In this document: positions 41,775 through 50,704 of the stretch, piece after piece
Position numbering within the stretch: position 1 is the stretch's first letter
Layout: each line of letters opens with the position of its first letter
Program-made: the position numbers and the translations under genes
Origin: an uncultured Acidimicrobiia bacterium
GTDB lineage: Bacteria; Acidobacteriota; Terriglobia; Versatilivoradales; Versatilivoraceae
Assembly: GCA_963786955.1 (NCBI GenBank)
Contig: CAWBAT010000009.1
Location: 192,001 to 256,000, forward strand
Reading direction: 5' to 3'
Length of the DNA: 64,000 nt
Notes under the pieces: generated by a model
The model's input: only the letters and a program-made list of their open reading frames with translations
What the model was told of the DNA's origin: nothing
Database searches by the model: none

Positions 41775-41825
41775 CTCTTCGTGCCTTTGTGTCTCTGTGT
41801 GAGTCTTTTTCGGGCTCACTATTGG

Positions 41826-42101
41826 TCAGATCGCCAACGGCTTACAGCCATAGGCCCGAGCGAGCTCGTTGATGCCGGTGCGGAGAGTGGCCCAGAGTCT
41901 GGCCACTTAAGATCCGTAATTCCCACGCACAACCGCCTGATTGATCTTTTGCCCATCGTCGATCACCTGCTCCACCTGGGCTTTCGTTGAAATCCTCCCG
42001 GATGGTTTCCAGCTGACGCGCGCTCAAGTAAGGTCCCATTTTTTCCAGGAAGCTTTTTTCGTTCGGGCTTCTCCTAGCCGGGTGTGTTCGGCGCTTTTCA
42101 T
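41826..42101 (-). pseudogene. Chimeric remnant: 5' scrap of an MGH1/GH63-like glucosidase joined to the 3' scrap of a helical hypothetical protein
   Basis: MKSAEHTRLGEARTKKASWKK/MGPYLSARQLETIREDF resembles W.KWGPYLSERQWGTVREDY; then TKAQVEQVIDDGQKINQAVVRGNYGS*VARLWATLRTGINELARAYGCKPLAI*. Confidence 0.7.
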
Positions 42102-42156
42102 TTATGGAATTCTTCCTTTCGCCAATCGCTTGGTTCATTTGGCTTGTTTGGCACCT

Positions 42157-43245
42157 CTATTGCGCCGGTATGGTGATCACCGGCAGTTTCTCGGGGCTAC
42201 CGGTTTCTGCCAGCGTGAAAAAGAACATGACGGCCGTGAGTGCGCGTTTGGTTTGCCAGTCGCCGTTGTCAACCCAGAACCAGTGGTCGCGGTAATGCAC
42301 GGCAACATACGCGGCCGCCGGCTTCTTCATGCCACTGTATATACGCCCGTTTTGCTGGCTGCCCGCTGCGGTGGGGACGTTTTCAAAGGCAGGCCACGCG
42401 CTGTGATCCTTCTGATGGGCCTCGGGCACGTCCACGCGGCTGGCGAAGGCCTGCATGATTTGCATCATAGAACGGCTGTTTACGCTGAGTTCATCGTCCG
42501 CCCCGCGAACCGGTGAATAGGTGAGCACGAACTTCTGCTGATCCGGAAGTAATTTGAGCAAGCGCCGGACCTCCGCCCCCTTTTCGGCGATGTCAGGGGG
42601 AACGTCGTCGCGCCGGAAGAACACCACGCCGGTTGAGCCTTTGACCTTGTCCACCTCGATGCGCATCCCGAACGCCCCGGCCGCCTGCGCTTCACGCAGC
42701 AACTCCAGCGCGCGGATAAACTCCGGGTCCGCCTCTCGAACCACACCGCCTACCGTCGAGCGGTTGCGCACACCGTTGAGCGACTCGACCGTTAGGCCCA
42801 GGATGAAGTCCGCCGCATAACCGGACTGAAGCAGGGTAAAAATTTTCTTCGGATCAATTGGCGCGATCAGCCCGTGCAAGAACTTTTCCCCCGTCATCGG
42901 CACGTAGGTGATGGTGGGACGTTCGGTGTAGACGGCTGATGCTCCCGCCCCCAGAAAGTTGCCTTGGGGCACCGTTTCAGAAGAGACAGCGCCGTTCACG
43001 TTGACTCCCGTTACCATGGAATAGCCACTGACGACAGATGACACGTCCACGAAAACCGGCAAGTCCAGGTAGCGCAACTTGATGATGTTGAGGAGGGTCT
43101 GCTGTTTCCACGAGTCAGCGATGGCCGTGCTGTAGTCGAAACGGTCCACGGCAACGGTTTTGGGGCCGAGGTGTACGCAACCGGTCAAAGCCACCGCGCC
43201 AACGAGTGCGACGGCAAAAAAGTTTTGTCTGCGGGTAGTTTTCAT
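42157..43245 (-). CDS. Hypothetical lipoprotein
   Basis: Lipobox LTGC; motifs LLNIIKLRYLDLPVF, PTITYVP, YRDHWFWV. Confidence 0.8.
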   Translation of the reverse strand: MKTTRRQNFFAVALVGAVALTGCVHLGPKTVAVDRFDYSTAIADSWKQQTLLNIIKLRYLDLPVFVDVSSVVSGYSMVTGVNVNGAVSSETVPQGNFLGAGASAVYTERPTITYVPMTGEKFLHGLIAPIDPKKIFTLLQSGYAADFILGLTVESLNGVRNRSTVGGVVREADPEFIRALELLREAQAAGAFGMRIEVDKVKGSTGVVFFRRDDVPPDIAEKGAEVRRLLKLLPDQQKFVLTYSPVRGADDELSVNSRSMMQIMQAFASRVDVPEAHQKDHSAWPAFENVPTAAGSQQNGRIYSGMKKPAAAYVAVHYRDHWFWVDNGDWQTKRALTAVMFFFTLAETGSPEKLPVITIPAQ

Positions 43246-43289
43246 AGCCGTTTTAGACGCTCCCATAACCGCGTGAAGGTTCAGTCGAC

Positions 43290-43492
43290 TCCAATGGACC
43301 TATGTCCGGCGGTTTTCCGGCAGTCGGTTTCGTTGCAGTGTTGTCCCGCTTGTTCATGCCTGTATTTTCAGGTGGGCTTCGGCCTGATTGAGATTACTGC
43401 CCATAGATTTCAGTTTTGGCCGCTCGGTCCCCAGATGGCCAATGCCCCACCACGAGCACCTAGAACGGGAAGACGGAGAGACCGGGGATCAC
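43290..43492 (-). pseudogene. Collapsed copy of 46375-47930 (small membrane gene 3' end fused to the DUF2254 3' end and its spacer)
   Basis: IPGLSVFPF*VLVVGALAIWG; GCGGTTTTCCGGCAGT...TTTCAGGTGG.CTTCGGCC is shared with 46391-46468. Confidence 0.8.
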
Positions 43493-43651
43493 ATCTATGA
43501 AGCGGTACATAAAATTATCCTGAGGTGCACTGCGTTTCGTCGCGCACCCCAGGATTCAATCATTTTCCATATCCATTGCACCTCGTGATCCAAAACACCT
43601 GATCACCTGGCAGCCTCACCTGCGCAGGGTGACAAGCAAGGGCGTGAATGT

Positions 43652-44575
43652 CTATAGTCCGGCTACGGCTTTGTTCTGAAGTGTCCGGACCCGAACACGA
43701 CGATTCTCGGCCTCACTCTCTGCTGTCTTGTCCTTTCCTATCTGGCGACTCTCGCCCATCGCGGCCGGCGCCAACATGTTAGTCAGCGGAATACGACCCT
43801 GCTGTAATAGAATGTTGGTGACATTGTTGGCGCGTTCTTCGCTCAGCTTCTGGTTTAGGGAAACACTTCCGGATGCTGAAGCATACCCTTTGACTTCGAT
43901 CATGTAGCCGTTGAAGGTCTTGGCCTTTTCAGCCAAGGCCACCAGTTGAGGATTGTACTTGGGGTCCACGTTTACCTTGCCGTTCCCGAAATACACGGTC
44001 ACTTCGTCTAGGATGTAGTAATCGTCGAGCTGGCCGAATCGTGCGGTCGCCGCGGCAACCGCCGCTTTATTCGCGGCGATCTTCTTCTCCTGTTCGGTCA
44101 ACGCCGCCTGCTGTTCTTTTAGCGCTGCGTTCTGTGCCGCAAGGGCGGCATTCTGCTTTTCTAACTCCTCTTTATTTTGCTGGGCCTGCCGAGCCGTTTC
44201 GGCCACTCCAGCCTGAATGGCCTGGGCTTGTTCCAAATCGTTGCCCTTGAACCTTACTTTCGTCGCCACCAGCTGATTTTGCGCGTCGAAAGTCCCCTCT
44301 ACCTGAATGGGAAGCCCCGGAATGAGGGCCGCCATTGACATTTCCTTTTTGCGGGCTTTGAGTACGCCCTCTACCTGGGCAACATCAGTGCTGTCTGTCA
44401 GTAAGACAATGACCTTCGGCGAATCCGCCGTCTGTAGAATAATCTTCGCGCCACTTCGCCCTTTGATCACTCCTTCGATCTTGGTTTGGGCCAAGACCAT
44501 TGTGCTTGACAGTGCGACGAACATGAGCGTCAGGATCGTGATGGACATGATTTTAAGCGACTTGATACGAGTCAT
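43652..44575 (-). CDS. OmpA family protein with N-terminal DUF5666-like and coiled-coil regions
   Basis: Signal peptide, GYASASG...NQKLSEERA, ENRRV. Confidence 0.9.
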   Translation of the reverse strand: MTRIKSLKIMSITILTLMFVALSSTMVLAQTKIEGVIKGRSGAKIILQTADSPKVIVLLTDSTDVAQVEGVLKARKKEMSMAALIPGLPIQVEGTFDAQNQLVATKVRFKGNDLEQAQAIQAGVAETARQAQQNKEELEKQNAALAAQNAALKEQQAALTEQEKKIAANKAAVAAATARFGQLDDYYILDEVTVYFGNGKVNVDPKYNPQLVALAEKAKTFNGYMIEVKGYASASGSVSLNQKLSEERANNVTNILLQQGRIPLTNMLAPAAMGESRQIGKDKTAESEAENRRVRVRTLQNKAVAGL

Positions 44576-44635
44576 AATGTTTCTCCTTTTATAATTTTGA
44601 ACGCAATCACAATGAAGAGCTGCTGCTGCAGCTCT

Positions 44636-45022
44636 TCACCAAGAAAAGTGCCAGCAAGACAGGATGGCGCCACGACGGCCGTACACCGACTCAACAAAAA
44701 CTTCACTTACCAGCGCGACCAACACGGCGATAGCAGCCTGCGTGGCGAGGGCCAGACCCAGCGGCCACTGTGCCTCGCTGGCCTCCCCGGGTTCCGCACT
44801 GGCAAACTGCTCGCGGTGCGTTTTTTGCGAGAACAACATACCCAACCAGCAAGCGACGATGAGCAGTACCGCCAGACCAAGGCTTAACTTCTGTGTGAAC
44901 ACCGCCACCACCGTACTAGACTGATGCACATCCAAACCAATATACTTCGGTTCCATAGGGCGTTTCCTCTTTAGTGGGCTTAGAGTCTCTGAGCAACTTC
45001 AAATTACCACGAGAAGGGGAAG
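44636..45022 (-). pseudogene. IS110 transposase 5' remnant plus left end, fused to a Ca2+/H+ exchanger fragment
   Basis: MEPKYIGLDVHQSSTVVAV (IS110 first Asp motif), then LSLGLAVLLIV...KTHREQFASAE...LVALVSEVFVESV (CAX-like). Confidence 0.75.
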
Positions 45023-45069
45023 AAGGTTTCAAGTGCTTTTTCCCAAAGCCATAATCTCTCGACTGCAAA

Positions 45070-46167
45070 TTAGGACTCACCGTTTACGTGAGTCTCTCCG
45101 ACCGGACTCTCGGCGATTTCCTCGTGGAGCATCTTGCTGAGAGCGATGATCAACGCCACAACGACAGGGCCGACAAACAGGCCAAGGAATCCAAAAGCCT
45201 TAACACCCCCGAGCATCGCGATCATCATGACCAGGGCATTCGCCTGTATCTTTTTGCCGACAAAGAGCGGTCGAACCACACTGTCGAGTTGGCTGACAAC
45301 CCCCGCGCCAAGGCCCAATAAGATAAGACCTTTAACGACATGACCCGTAGCAAGCAGGTGGATGGCGACGGGTCCCCAGACCAGGCCAGTGCCGAAGATC
45401 GGGATGACCGAACAGAGTGCGGCGAAGACTCCAAGCAATGTGGCGGGCGAGACGCCCAGGACGGCCAGTGCCAACCCCGTCCCCAGACCTTGGGCCGCTC
45501 CAACCGCAAAAACGCCCTGAACGTTTGCGACCATACTGTCTTTCAGTGTCTGCAGCAGTCGCTTGGCTTGAGCTTCACTGAGCGGCAACAAGCGAAGCGT
45601 ATAGCTGACGATTTGATCGCCATCCCGCAGCAGCACGTAGATGGTGATCAGTCCGAGAAATAAATTGAGAATGGAACTGAACAGATTCCCCAGCACCATG
45701 CCGGCCGTGGGCAGAAGTCGTGCGCCAATCCCTTTTGCCTTTTCATGCATCTGGCCCTGAATATCGAAATTGGAGAGGTCGACATACTTGTTGAGCGAAA
45801 GCGTTGCTTGACTAATATGGCGGGTCAGGAATGAACCAAAGCCGCCTTCGGAGGCGCTCCTGGCACCGATTTCTTTAGCAATCTCTACCGCCTGCCTTGC
45901 GGCCAAGTTGAAGACAATCATTAAAGGAACGACAATCAGCAAGCACAGGAGGCCAGTGGAGATGAGTGCCGCAAGGCGAGGATTATGAATACGTCTCAGC
46001 AAACGGCGCTGAACGGGGTAGAAGACAGTCGCCAGAATGACGGAGTAGACTAGCATCGGCAGAAATGGGCGGCCGATGACATAGGCAACAAGCAGGGTGA
46101 TTCCCAACACCACTGTAAGGAAAAGAATCGCCTTTCGGCGGTTTTGCGGTGTGTGCTCGTGAATCAT
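45070..46167 (-). CDS. AI-2E family transporter
   Basis: Multiple TM segments; SVIPIFGTGLVWGP, DSVVRP, GGVKAFGFLGLFVGP. Confidence 0.9.
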   Translation of the reverse strand: MIHEHTPQNRRKAILFLTVVLGITLLVAYVIGRPFLPMLVYSVILATVFYPVQRRLLRRIHNPRLAALISTGLLCLLIVVPLMIVFNLAARQAVEIAKEIGARSASEGGFGSFLTRHISQATLSLNKYVDLSNFDIQGQMHEKAKGIGARLLPTAGMVLGNLFSSILNLFLGLITIYVLLRDGDQIVSYTLRLLPLSEAQAKRLLQTLKDSMVANVQGVFAVGAAQGLGTGLALAVLGVSPATLLGVFAALCSVIPIFGTGLVWGPVAIHLLATGHVVKGLILLGLGAGVVSQLDSVVRPLFVGKKIQANALVMMIAMLGGVKAFGFLGLFVGPVVVALIIALSKMLHEEIAESPVGETHVNGES

Positions 46168-46261
46168 CTGTTTCTCCTCTTAGAAAGCATGCGAGACACC
46201 CTATGGGAACACTCCAGATAAATAAAAGTCGCACAGCCTTCCTAGTTCGAGCCCTGCCAGG

Positions 46262-46373
46262 AGCTCGGCGGGTGGCACAAAGTCCACGAGCCTTGTCTCG
46301 TCACCTTCTCGACGAAGGCGAAACTGGATTGCTTTGCTTCGCCGTCGTTCCACGATGGGAGCGCATCAGCCAT
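46262..46373 (-). pseudogene. 5' scrap of a HAD-family phosphatase
   Basis: MADALPSWNDGEAKQSSFAFVEKVTRQGS/DFVPPAE resembles the DPLPSWNDG.AK...FVPP.ER N-terminus (recalled, not searched). Confidence 0.7.
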
Positions 46374-46450
46374 TCCACGCACCTCTGTCCCGCGGTTTTC
46401 CGGCAGTTGCTTTCACTGTGGTGTTCTCCTGCACTTTCGTGCCCGTCCTT

Positions 46451-47776
46451 TCAGGTGGCCTTCGGCCCGGCAATCGTGGACTTCAGATCGCTAGCCGAGG
46501 CCTTGCCCCCTAAATGTTTTCCACCCACACCCTGCAAATCACTGACGTCCGCCAGGGCCTGGTCTTCAGGCTCGGGAAAGGATCGTTCGACGGACCGGTT
46601 CAGCAGCGTCAGTTCACCGCGAAGGAGCGTCGTGCGCTCGGACGGCAAAGCCTCAATCAGGTTCTCCAGCATGGCGCGGAGGCGGCGGGCAACCTGGATG
46701 CTCATGCCGCCGAACTGACGGATTTCCGTAACCGCCAAGTAGACGAAGTCCTCCCAGTCGGGCGTCCGATAGACCAACCGCAGCGAACCTGACCGGTCGT
46801 AAGCCAGCCCTTCATCCAGATGCCGGCCGCCCACACTGCGCAAGAGGTGATGGATCTGGTCAATGGCCAGGACTGCGGTGGTCGGATCGTTAATTGCCGG
46901 GGAAAGCCCCTTGGAGGCGATATCCACGATGATCCGGAAGGCAAAAGCCGGATCCTGCTCCATGGTCCTTTCCTGGCCCAAAGCCAATGATTGACAGAGC
47001 GCACTGGCCGCTGGCCCGCCCTGGCCTCCAAAGATGCGGAACAGCGGGCTCCCGGCCGCCACAAAATCCCCTACCTGGGGCACCATCTCGACAACACACT
47101 CCGCCTCCCGGGCCAGGGCCACAAGCCCCTCGAGGTCGAAAGCCAAGACTACCCCGTACATCTGGCTCAAGACCGTACCGACAGGCTCTCCGGCGAGTGT
47201 GTTCACGGGACCCTGGGCGGTGGCCTGCGGCCCGGAGAGACGCCGGGGATAGACACTCCGGATCACCTCGTGCCCCACGCAGGCCACGGCCTGCAAGGCC
47301 CCGCTCGGACGCAGCGTCTTGCCCACATGATCGATGAGAAACAGGAAAACGCCTATGCTGAACAGGCAAAGGTAGGCGGCTACGTGTGCCGTTATCGCTG
47401 GCACAGTGGTGTGGATTCGCAAGAGGACGGCCAGCGTAAAGGTGAAGGTGAAAGTAAACAGGGTCAAGGTGAACCGGGTCACCGGATCCCGGAATACGAC
47501 CCCGATGATCCGCGGGCTGAGTTGAGCGCTGGCCAGTTGCATCACGAGCAGCAGTGAGGAAGAAAGGAATACGATGAAGGTCAACATGGACCCTGCCAAG
47601 GCGCCGAACACGGTTAGAGTAGCGGCTGGGTCTAATCCGACTTGCCAGCCGACGCGCAACTCGACCCAGTGAAGAAACCGGACCGACACCATCGCGACCA
47701 CCATCCCGAGCGCCGGAAAAATCCAGATCGAATTCCGGAGAAATTGCCGTAATTTGTAGCGCTGAATCCAGCTCAT
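46451..47776 (-). CDS. DUF2254 family membrane protein
   Basis: QLASAQLSPR, GQERTMEQDPAF, LSPAINDPTTA. Confidence 0.9.
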   Translation of the reverse strand: MSWIQRYKLRQFLRNSIWIFPALGMVVAMVSVRFLHWVELRVGWQVGLDPAATLTVFGALAGSMLTFIVFLSSSLLLVMQLASAQLSPRIIGVVFRDPVTRFTLTLFTFTFTFTLAVLLRIHTTVPAITAHVAAYLCLFSIGVFLFLIDHVGKTLRPSGALQAVACVGHEVIRSVYPRRLSGPQATAQGPVNTLAGEPVGTVLSQMYGVVLAFDLEGLVALAREAECVVEMVPQVGDFVAAGSPLFRIFGGQGGPAASALCQSLALGQERTMEQDPAFAFRIIVDIASKGLSPAINDPTTAVLAIDQIHHLLRSVGGRHLDEGLAYDRSGSLRLVYRTPDWEDFVYLAVTEIRQFGGMSIQVARRLRAMLENLIEALPSERTTLLRGELTLLNRSVERSFPEPEDQALADVSDLQGVGGKHLGGKASASDLKSTIAGPKAT

Positions 47777-47817
47777 GGAATTAGTTTCCCGTGTTGGAAC
47801 TACATAGTCTTAAGACC

Positions 47818-48126
47818 TTACCCTTCAATGTGCATAGATTTCAGTGTTGGCCGCGCGGTCCCCCAGATGGCCACTGCCCCCACCACGAGCACCCAGAACG
47901 GGAAGACGGAGAGGCCGGGGATCGCCTCCATGACGAGGCCAGGTAACAAAATCCATTGCCAGCCAAGCACCACGAACAGCAAGATGGCTGTCGCCAGATC
48001 GGCCGCCCACTGCACCGGCGGCGTGAACGTCAAAAAGAGCGAAAGCCCATCCGCAAGCGCGGCCAGCGCGAAGGCCAGGGCCAGCGTTCTATTGGGGAAG
48101 CGGGGGTGGGGCTGAGGCTTGCTTAT
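47818..48126 (-). CDS. Small membrane protein; the codon at the expected start is ATA
   Basis: SD AAGGAG, 7 nt, then ATA AGC AAG CCT...; paralog of 39132..39419. Confidence 0.65.
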   Translation of the reverse strand: MSKPQPHPRFPNRTLALAFALAALADGLSLFLTFTPPVQWAADLATAILLFVVLGWQWILLPGLVMEAIPGLSVFPFWVLVVGAVAIWGTARPTLKSMHIEG

Positions 48127-48160
48127 GGAAAATCTCCTTCTTCAGGCTAGTAATCTCACG

Positions 48161-48202
48161 CATCACCGGACCGGCGGTGATGGCGGCTTCGTAAAAGGCC
48201 AG
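48161..48202. repeat. About 42-bp intergenic hairpin repeat, copy 1 of 3
   Basis: CATCACCGGACCGGCGGTGATGGCG..TT..TAAAAG. Confidence 0.9.
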
Positions 48203-48207
48203 GGCTC

Positions 48208-49044
48208 TCAGCTCCAGGTGACATCGAGTGGCTTCCTCGTGGGAATCCGGTGGTACTGCTCAGCCGGGTAACCGAGCAAGCAGGTGCCATGCGGTATGTA
48301 GCCTTCCGGGATCCCGAGCAGCTTGAGCAGGGGCGGGTAGCCCTGGCCGGCCGTGTTGATACTGCCGGTAAACGTGGTCCCCAGACCGAGTGCGGGTGCC
48401 GCAGTTTGAATCTGGGCTATGGCAATCATGGCCGCTGGCGGGGCCGTCCGCTCATCTTTCGGGGCGCAGGCCATGATGATGCACGGCGCTCCCCGGGCAA
48501 TGCGATCCTTGCCCCCGTCCCACGCGGCGACAAACGTCTCCAGGTTGGCCTCCTGGTAGAGCGCGGGATTCTTTTCCTTCACGATTTTCATCCAGTCGAT
48601 GGTCATCCCGGCGACCTGATGAACCTTCGCCAGATCGTTGACCACGATCCAGCGTATCACCTGGCGGTTCGCTCCGTTAGGCGCCCACCGCGCCACATCC
48701 AACAACTGCAGGACCTTTTCTTTTTCCACGGGTTTCTGGATGTAGCCACGGATGGAACGCCGCATCTTCAGGTACTGCTGCACCCGGTCCCATTTGGGGA
48801 TCAGGTGAATATCGATCGGCTCGCAATCCTCCGGGCCCATCGAGCGCTGGTGCATGGCCTCAGTAGGACAGATGGCCACGCAATGCCCGCAATCAATGCA
48901 GAGGTCCCACCCCTTTTCGATGTGAACGGGAAAATCCTTTTTGGTAATCAGACCACCCGGGCAGGCCCGGATGCAACTGCCGCAGTGGATGCACAGCATC
49001 TCATCCACCTTGATCATGATGTCCATTTTGTAGGTGCTACCCAT
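48208..49044 (-). CDS. Nitroreductase with N-terminal 2x[4Fe-4S] ferredoxin domain
   Basis: CIHCGSCIRACP, CIDCGHCVAICP, RRSIR, APNGANRQ. Confidence 0.93.
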   Translation of the reverse strand: MGSTYKMDIMIKVDEMLCIHCGSCIRACPGGLITKKDFPVHIEKGWDLCIDCGHCVAICPTEAMHQRSMGPEDCEPIDIHLIPKWDRVQQYLKMRRSIRGYIQKPVEKEKVLQLLDVARWAPNGANRQVIRWIVVNDLAKVHQVAGMTIDWMKIVKEKNPALYQEANLETFVAAWDGGKDRIARGAPCIIMACAPKDERTAPPAAMIAIAQIQTAAPALGLGTTFTGSINTAGQGYPPLLKLLGIPEGYIPHGTCLLGYPAEQYHRIPTRKPLDVTWS

Positions 49045-49203
49045 ATTCTTTCCTCCTGTTGGTTTCGGAGGGGACTCTTTTTCGTTATCATGTTGCGCCT
49101 GCCACGCCGTCGGAATGGCCTATCGCTGACGCCCACGCATCATTTCTTCCCGGCGAGGTTCCCGCTAGCATAGCCGCAAGCTCTGCGCTGCGCTTCCTCC
49201 CGA

Positions 49204-50448
49204 CTACCCGAGCCTTTTCGTATTCGCCAGCGGCGCAGCTGTTTCAGGAAGCTTGGCAGTGGTTCTTTTCTTCCATTCTTCTTCCAGTAGTTCTCTGGCC
49301 GCCTTTTCAAGGAACTCCGGCGCAGCCCACTTATACACATCAAAATCGTTCTTTATGTAGCCGTGGCTCAGCATGAAGTTCTTCCCGATCTCCACGGAGG
49401 CCAGATTCAGGGGAGACAGGTTGGGCACCATGTCAACATCCTTGATGCCCCGGTACGTATCCTCGACGTCAAGATAGTAGGTCTGCTTGTCGAGGATTGC
49501 GGCCGCGGCGTGCTTGTGTTCGTTGGCCCAGCGCCCGACCTTGATCATGCCCTTCATGAACGTGACGGCGAGCTCGGGGTGCTTCTCGGCCATCGCGTCG
49601 GTACAGGTGATGGCAGCCGGGATGTTGGCCACTTGGAGGCGCCAATCCGGACGCTTGGATAAATCCTCGATTATGGCGAACTTGCCTGTTGCCTCTGAGA
49701 GCACACTTAAGACTTTGCTTTGGCTGTACATCGCGTCGATGACGCCCTTTTCCAGTGCGGTCTCCAGCGGACGGAAGGCCAGGTCGTGCTTGTGGTCACG
49801 CTTGAGCTGCCATTCCGATGGGTTCTCAATGGGCGTCAGCATCTTCGGATCGTTGTACCAGTCATCCGCGTAGGGGAACTCCACGATCTGGACGTCGTCC
49901 ATGGTCATGCCGTTCATCCGGAGCATCAGTTCGATACCTTGGTGCTCCTGGATGCGCCACCAGTCGTTCTTGATCTTGTTCAGGCTCTTGGAAAGGCCGA
50001 TCTTCTTGCCTTTCAGATCCTGCATCCGATAGATGTTGTCCTTGGCGCGCACCAGCAGGACACCGCCTTCGTGCGGCACGTGCGTCACGCCCAGAAGCCT
50101 AGTCCTGCGGATGTCGGCATGAACCTGTATCGGGGGGAAAAGGCCTCCGAAGCGAATGAGGTTGTCTAGGTTGTGGATGTAGTGCGGGTACCAGTCGTTG
50201 TCAGGGGAGGAGCGGAAATAAGCGTACTTGACGCCGATCTTCTTGTATTCCTCATTGGTCCAGCCGAGTTCCTGGTCGACATTGCTGGCGGACACGAGAG
50301 GGCAATTGGTGTAGTACACCTCTTTCCAATTCAACTTTACCGTGTTCAATTTTGTATTTGCGAACGTTGTCTCTTTGACTTTCGTCTTTGAGAGTTCCCC
50401 CGGAGAACACGCCGTCGGATCTCCGCTCTTTCTTGTTTTGTCAGCCAT
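49204..50448 (-). CDS. DszB-like (arylsulfinate desulfinase-like) protein of periplasmic binding protein fold
   Basis: YYTNCPLVSA, PHY and IRFGGLFPP match the DszB SNCP/H/RFGGEIPP catalytic motifs; no signal peptide. Confidence 0.75.
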   Translation of the reverse strand: MADKTRKSGDPTACSPGELSKTKVKETTFANTKLNTVKLNWKEVYYTNCPLVSASNVDQELGWTNEEYKKIGVKYAYFRSSPDNDWYPHYIHNLDNLIRFGGLFPPIQVHADIRRTRLLGVTHVPHEGGVLLVRAKDNIYRMQDLKGKKIGLSKSLNKIKNDWWRIQEHQGIELMLRMNGMTMDDVQIVEFPYADDWYNDPKMLTPIENPSEWQLKRDHKHDLAFRPLETALEKGVIDAMYSQSKVLSVLSEATGKFAIIEDLSKRPDWRLQVANIPAAITCTDAMAEKHPELAVTFMKGMIKVGRWANEHKHAAAAILDKQTYYLDVEDTYRGIKDVDMVPNLSPLNLASVEIGKNFMLSHGYIKNDFDVYKWAAPEFLEKAARELLEEEWKKRTTAKLPETAAPLANTKRLG

Positions 50449-50483
50449 GATTGCATCTCTCCTTTAATTTTAATGTGATTTCT

Positions 50484-50524
50484 CATCACCGGACCGGCGG
50501 TGATGGCGATTTGTTAAAAGTCTG
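50484..50524. repeat. About 42-bp intergenic hairpin repeat, copy 2
   Basis: CATCACCGGACCGGCGGTGATGGCGATTTGTTAAAAG. Confidence 0.9.
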
Positions 50525-50594
50525 CACCATTCTGCTGAATGGACTTCAGATTCCTGTTTTGGCCTCCTTCTCTGCTTCACCCTGCGGATTTCTC

Positions 50595-50684
50595 CTATCT
50601 TTGGGCTTCGAGCGTGCGCCGTGCCAGATCGGGATTGATGCTGGACACGGCATCGTATTGGGTCAGGTGGACCTGGCCGGTGAG
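50595..50684 (-). pseudogene. 3' scrap of a second SulP-type gene
   Basis: LTGQVHLTQYDAVSSINPDLARRTLEAQR* resembles the STAS-end of proteobacterial SulP (recalled). Confidence 0.6.
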
Positions 50685-50704
50685 TCAGGTTCCGCAGTCG
50701 CGCT

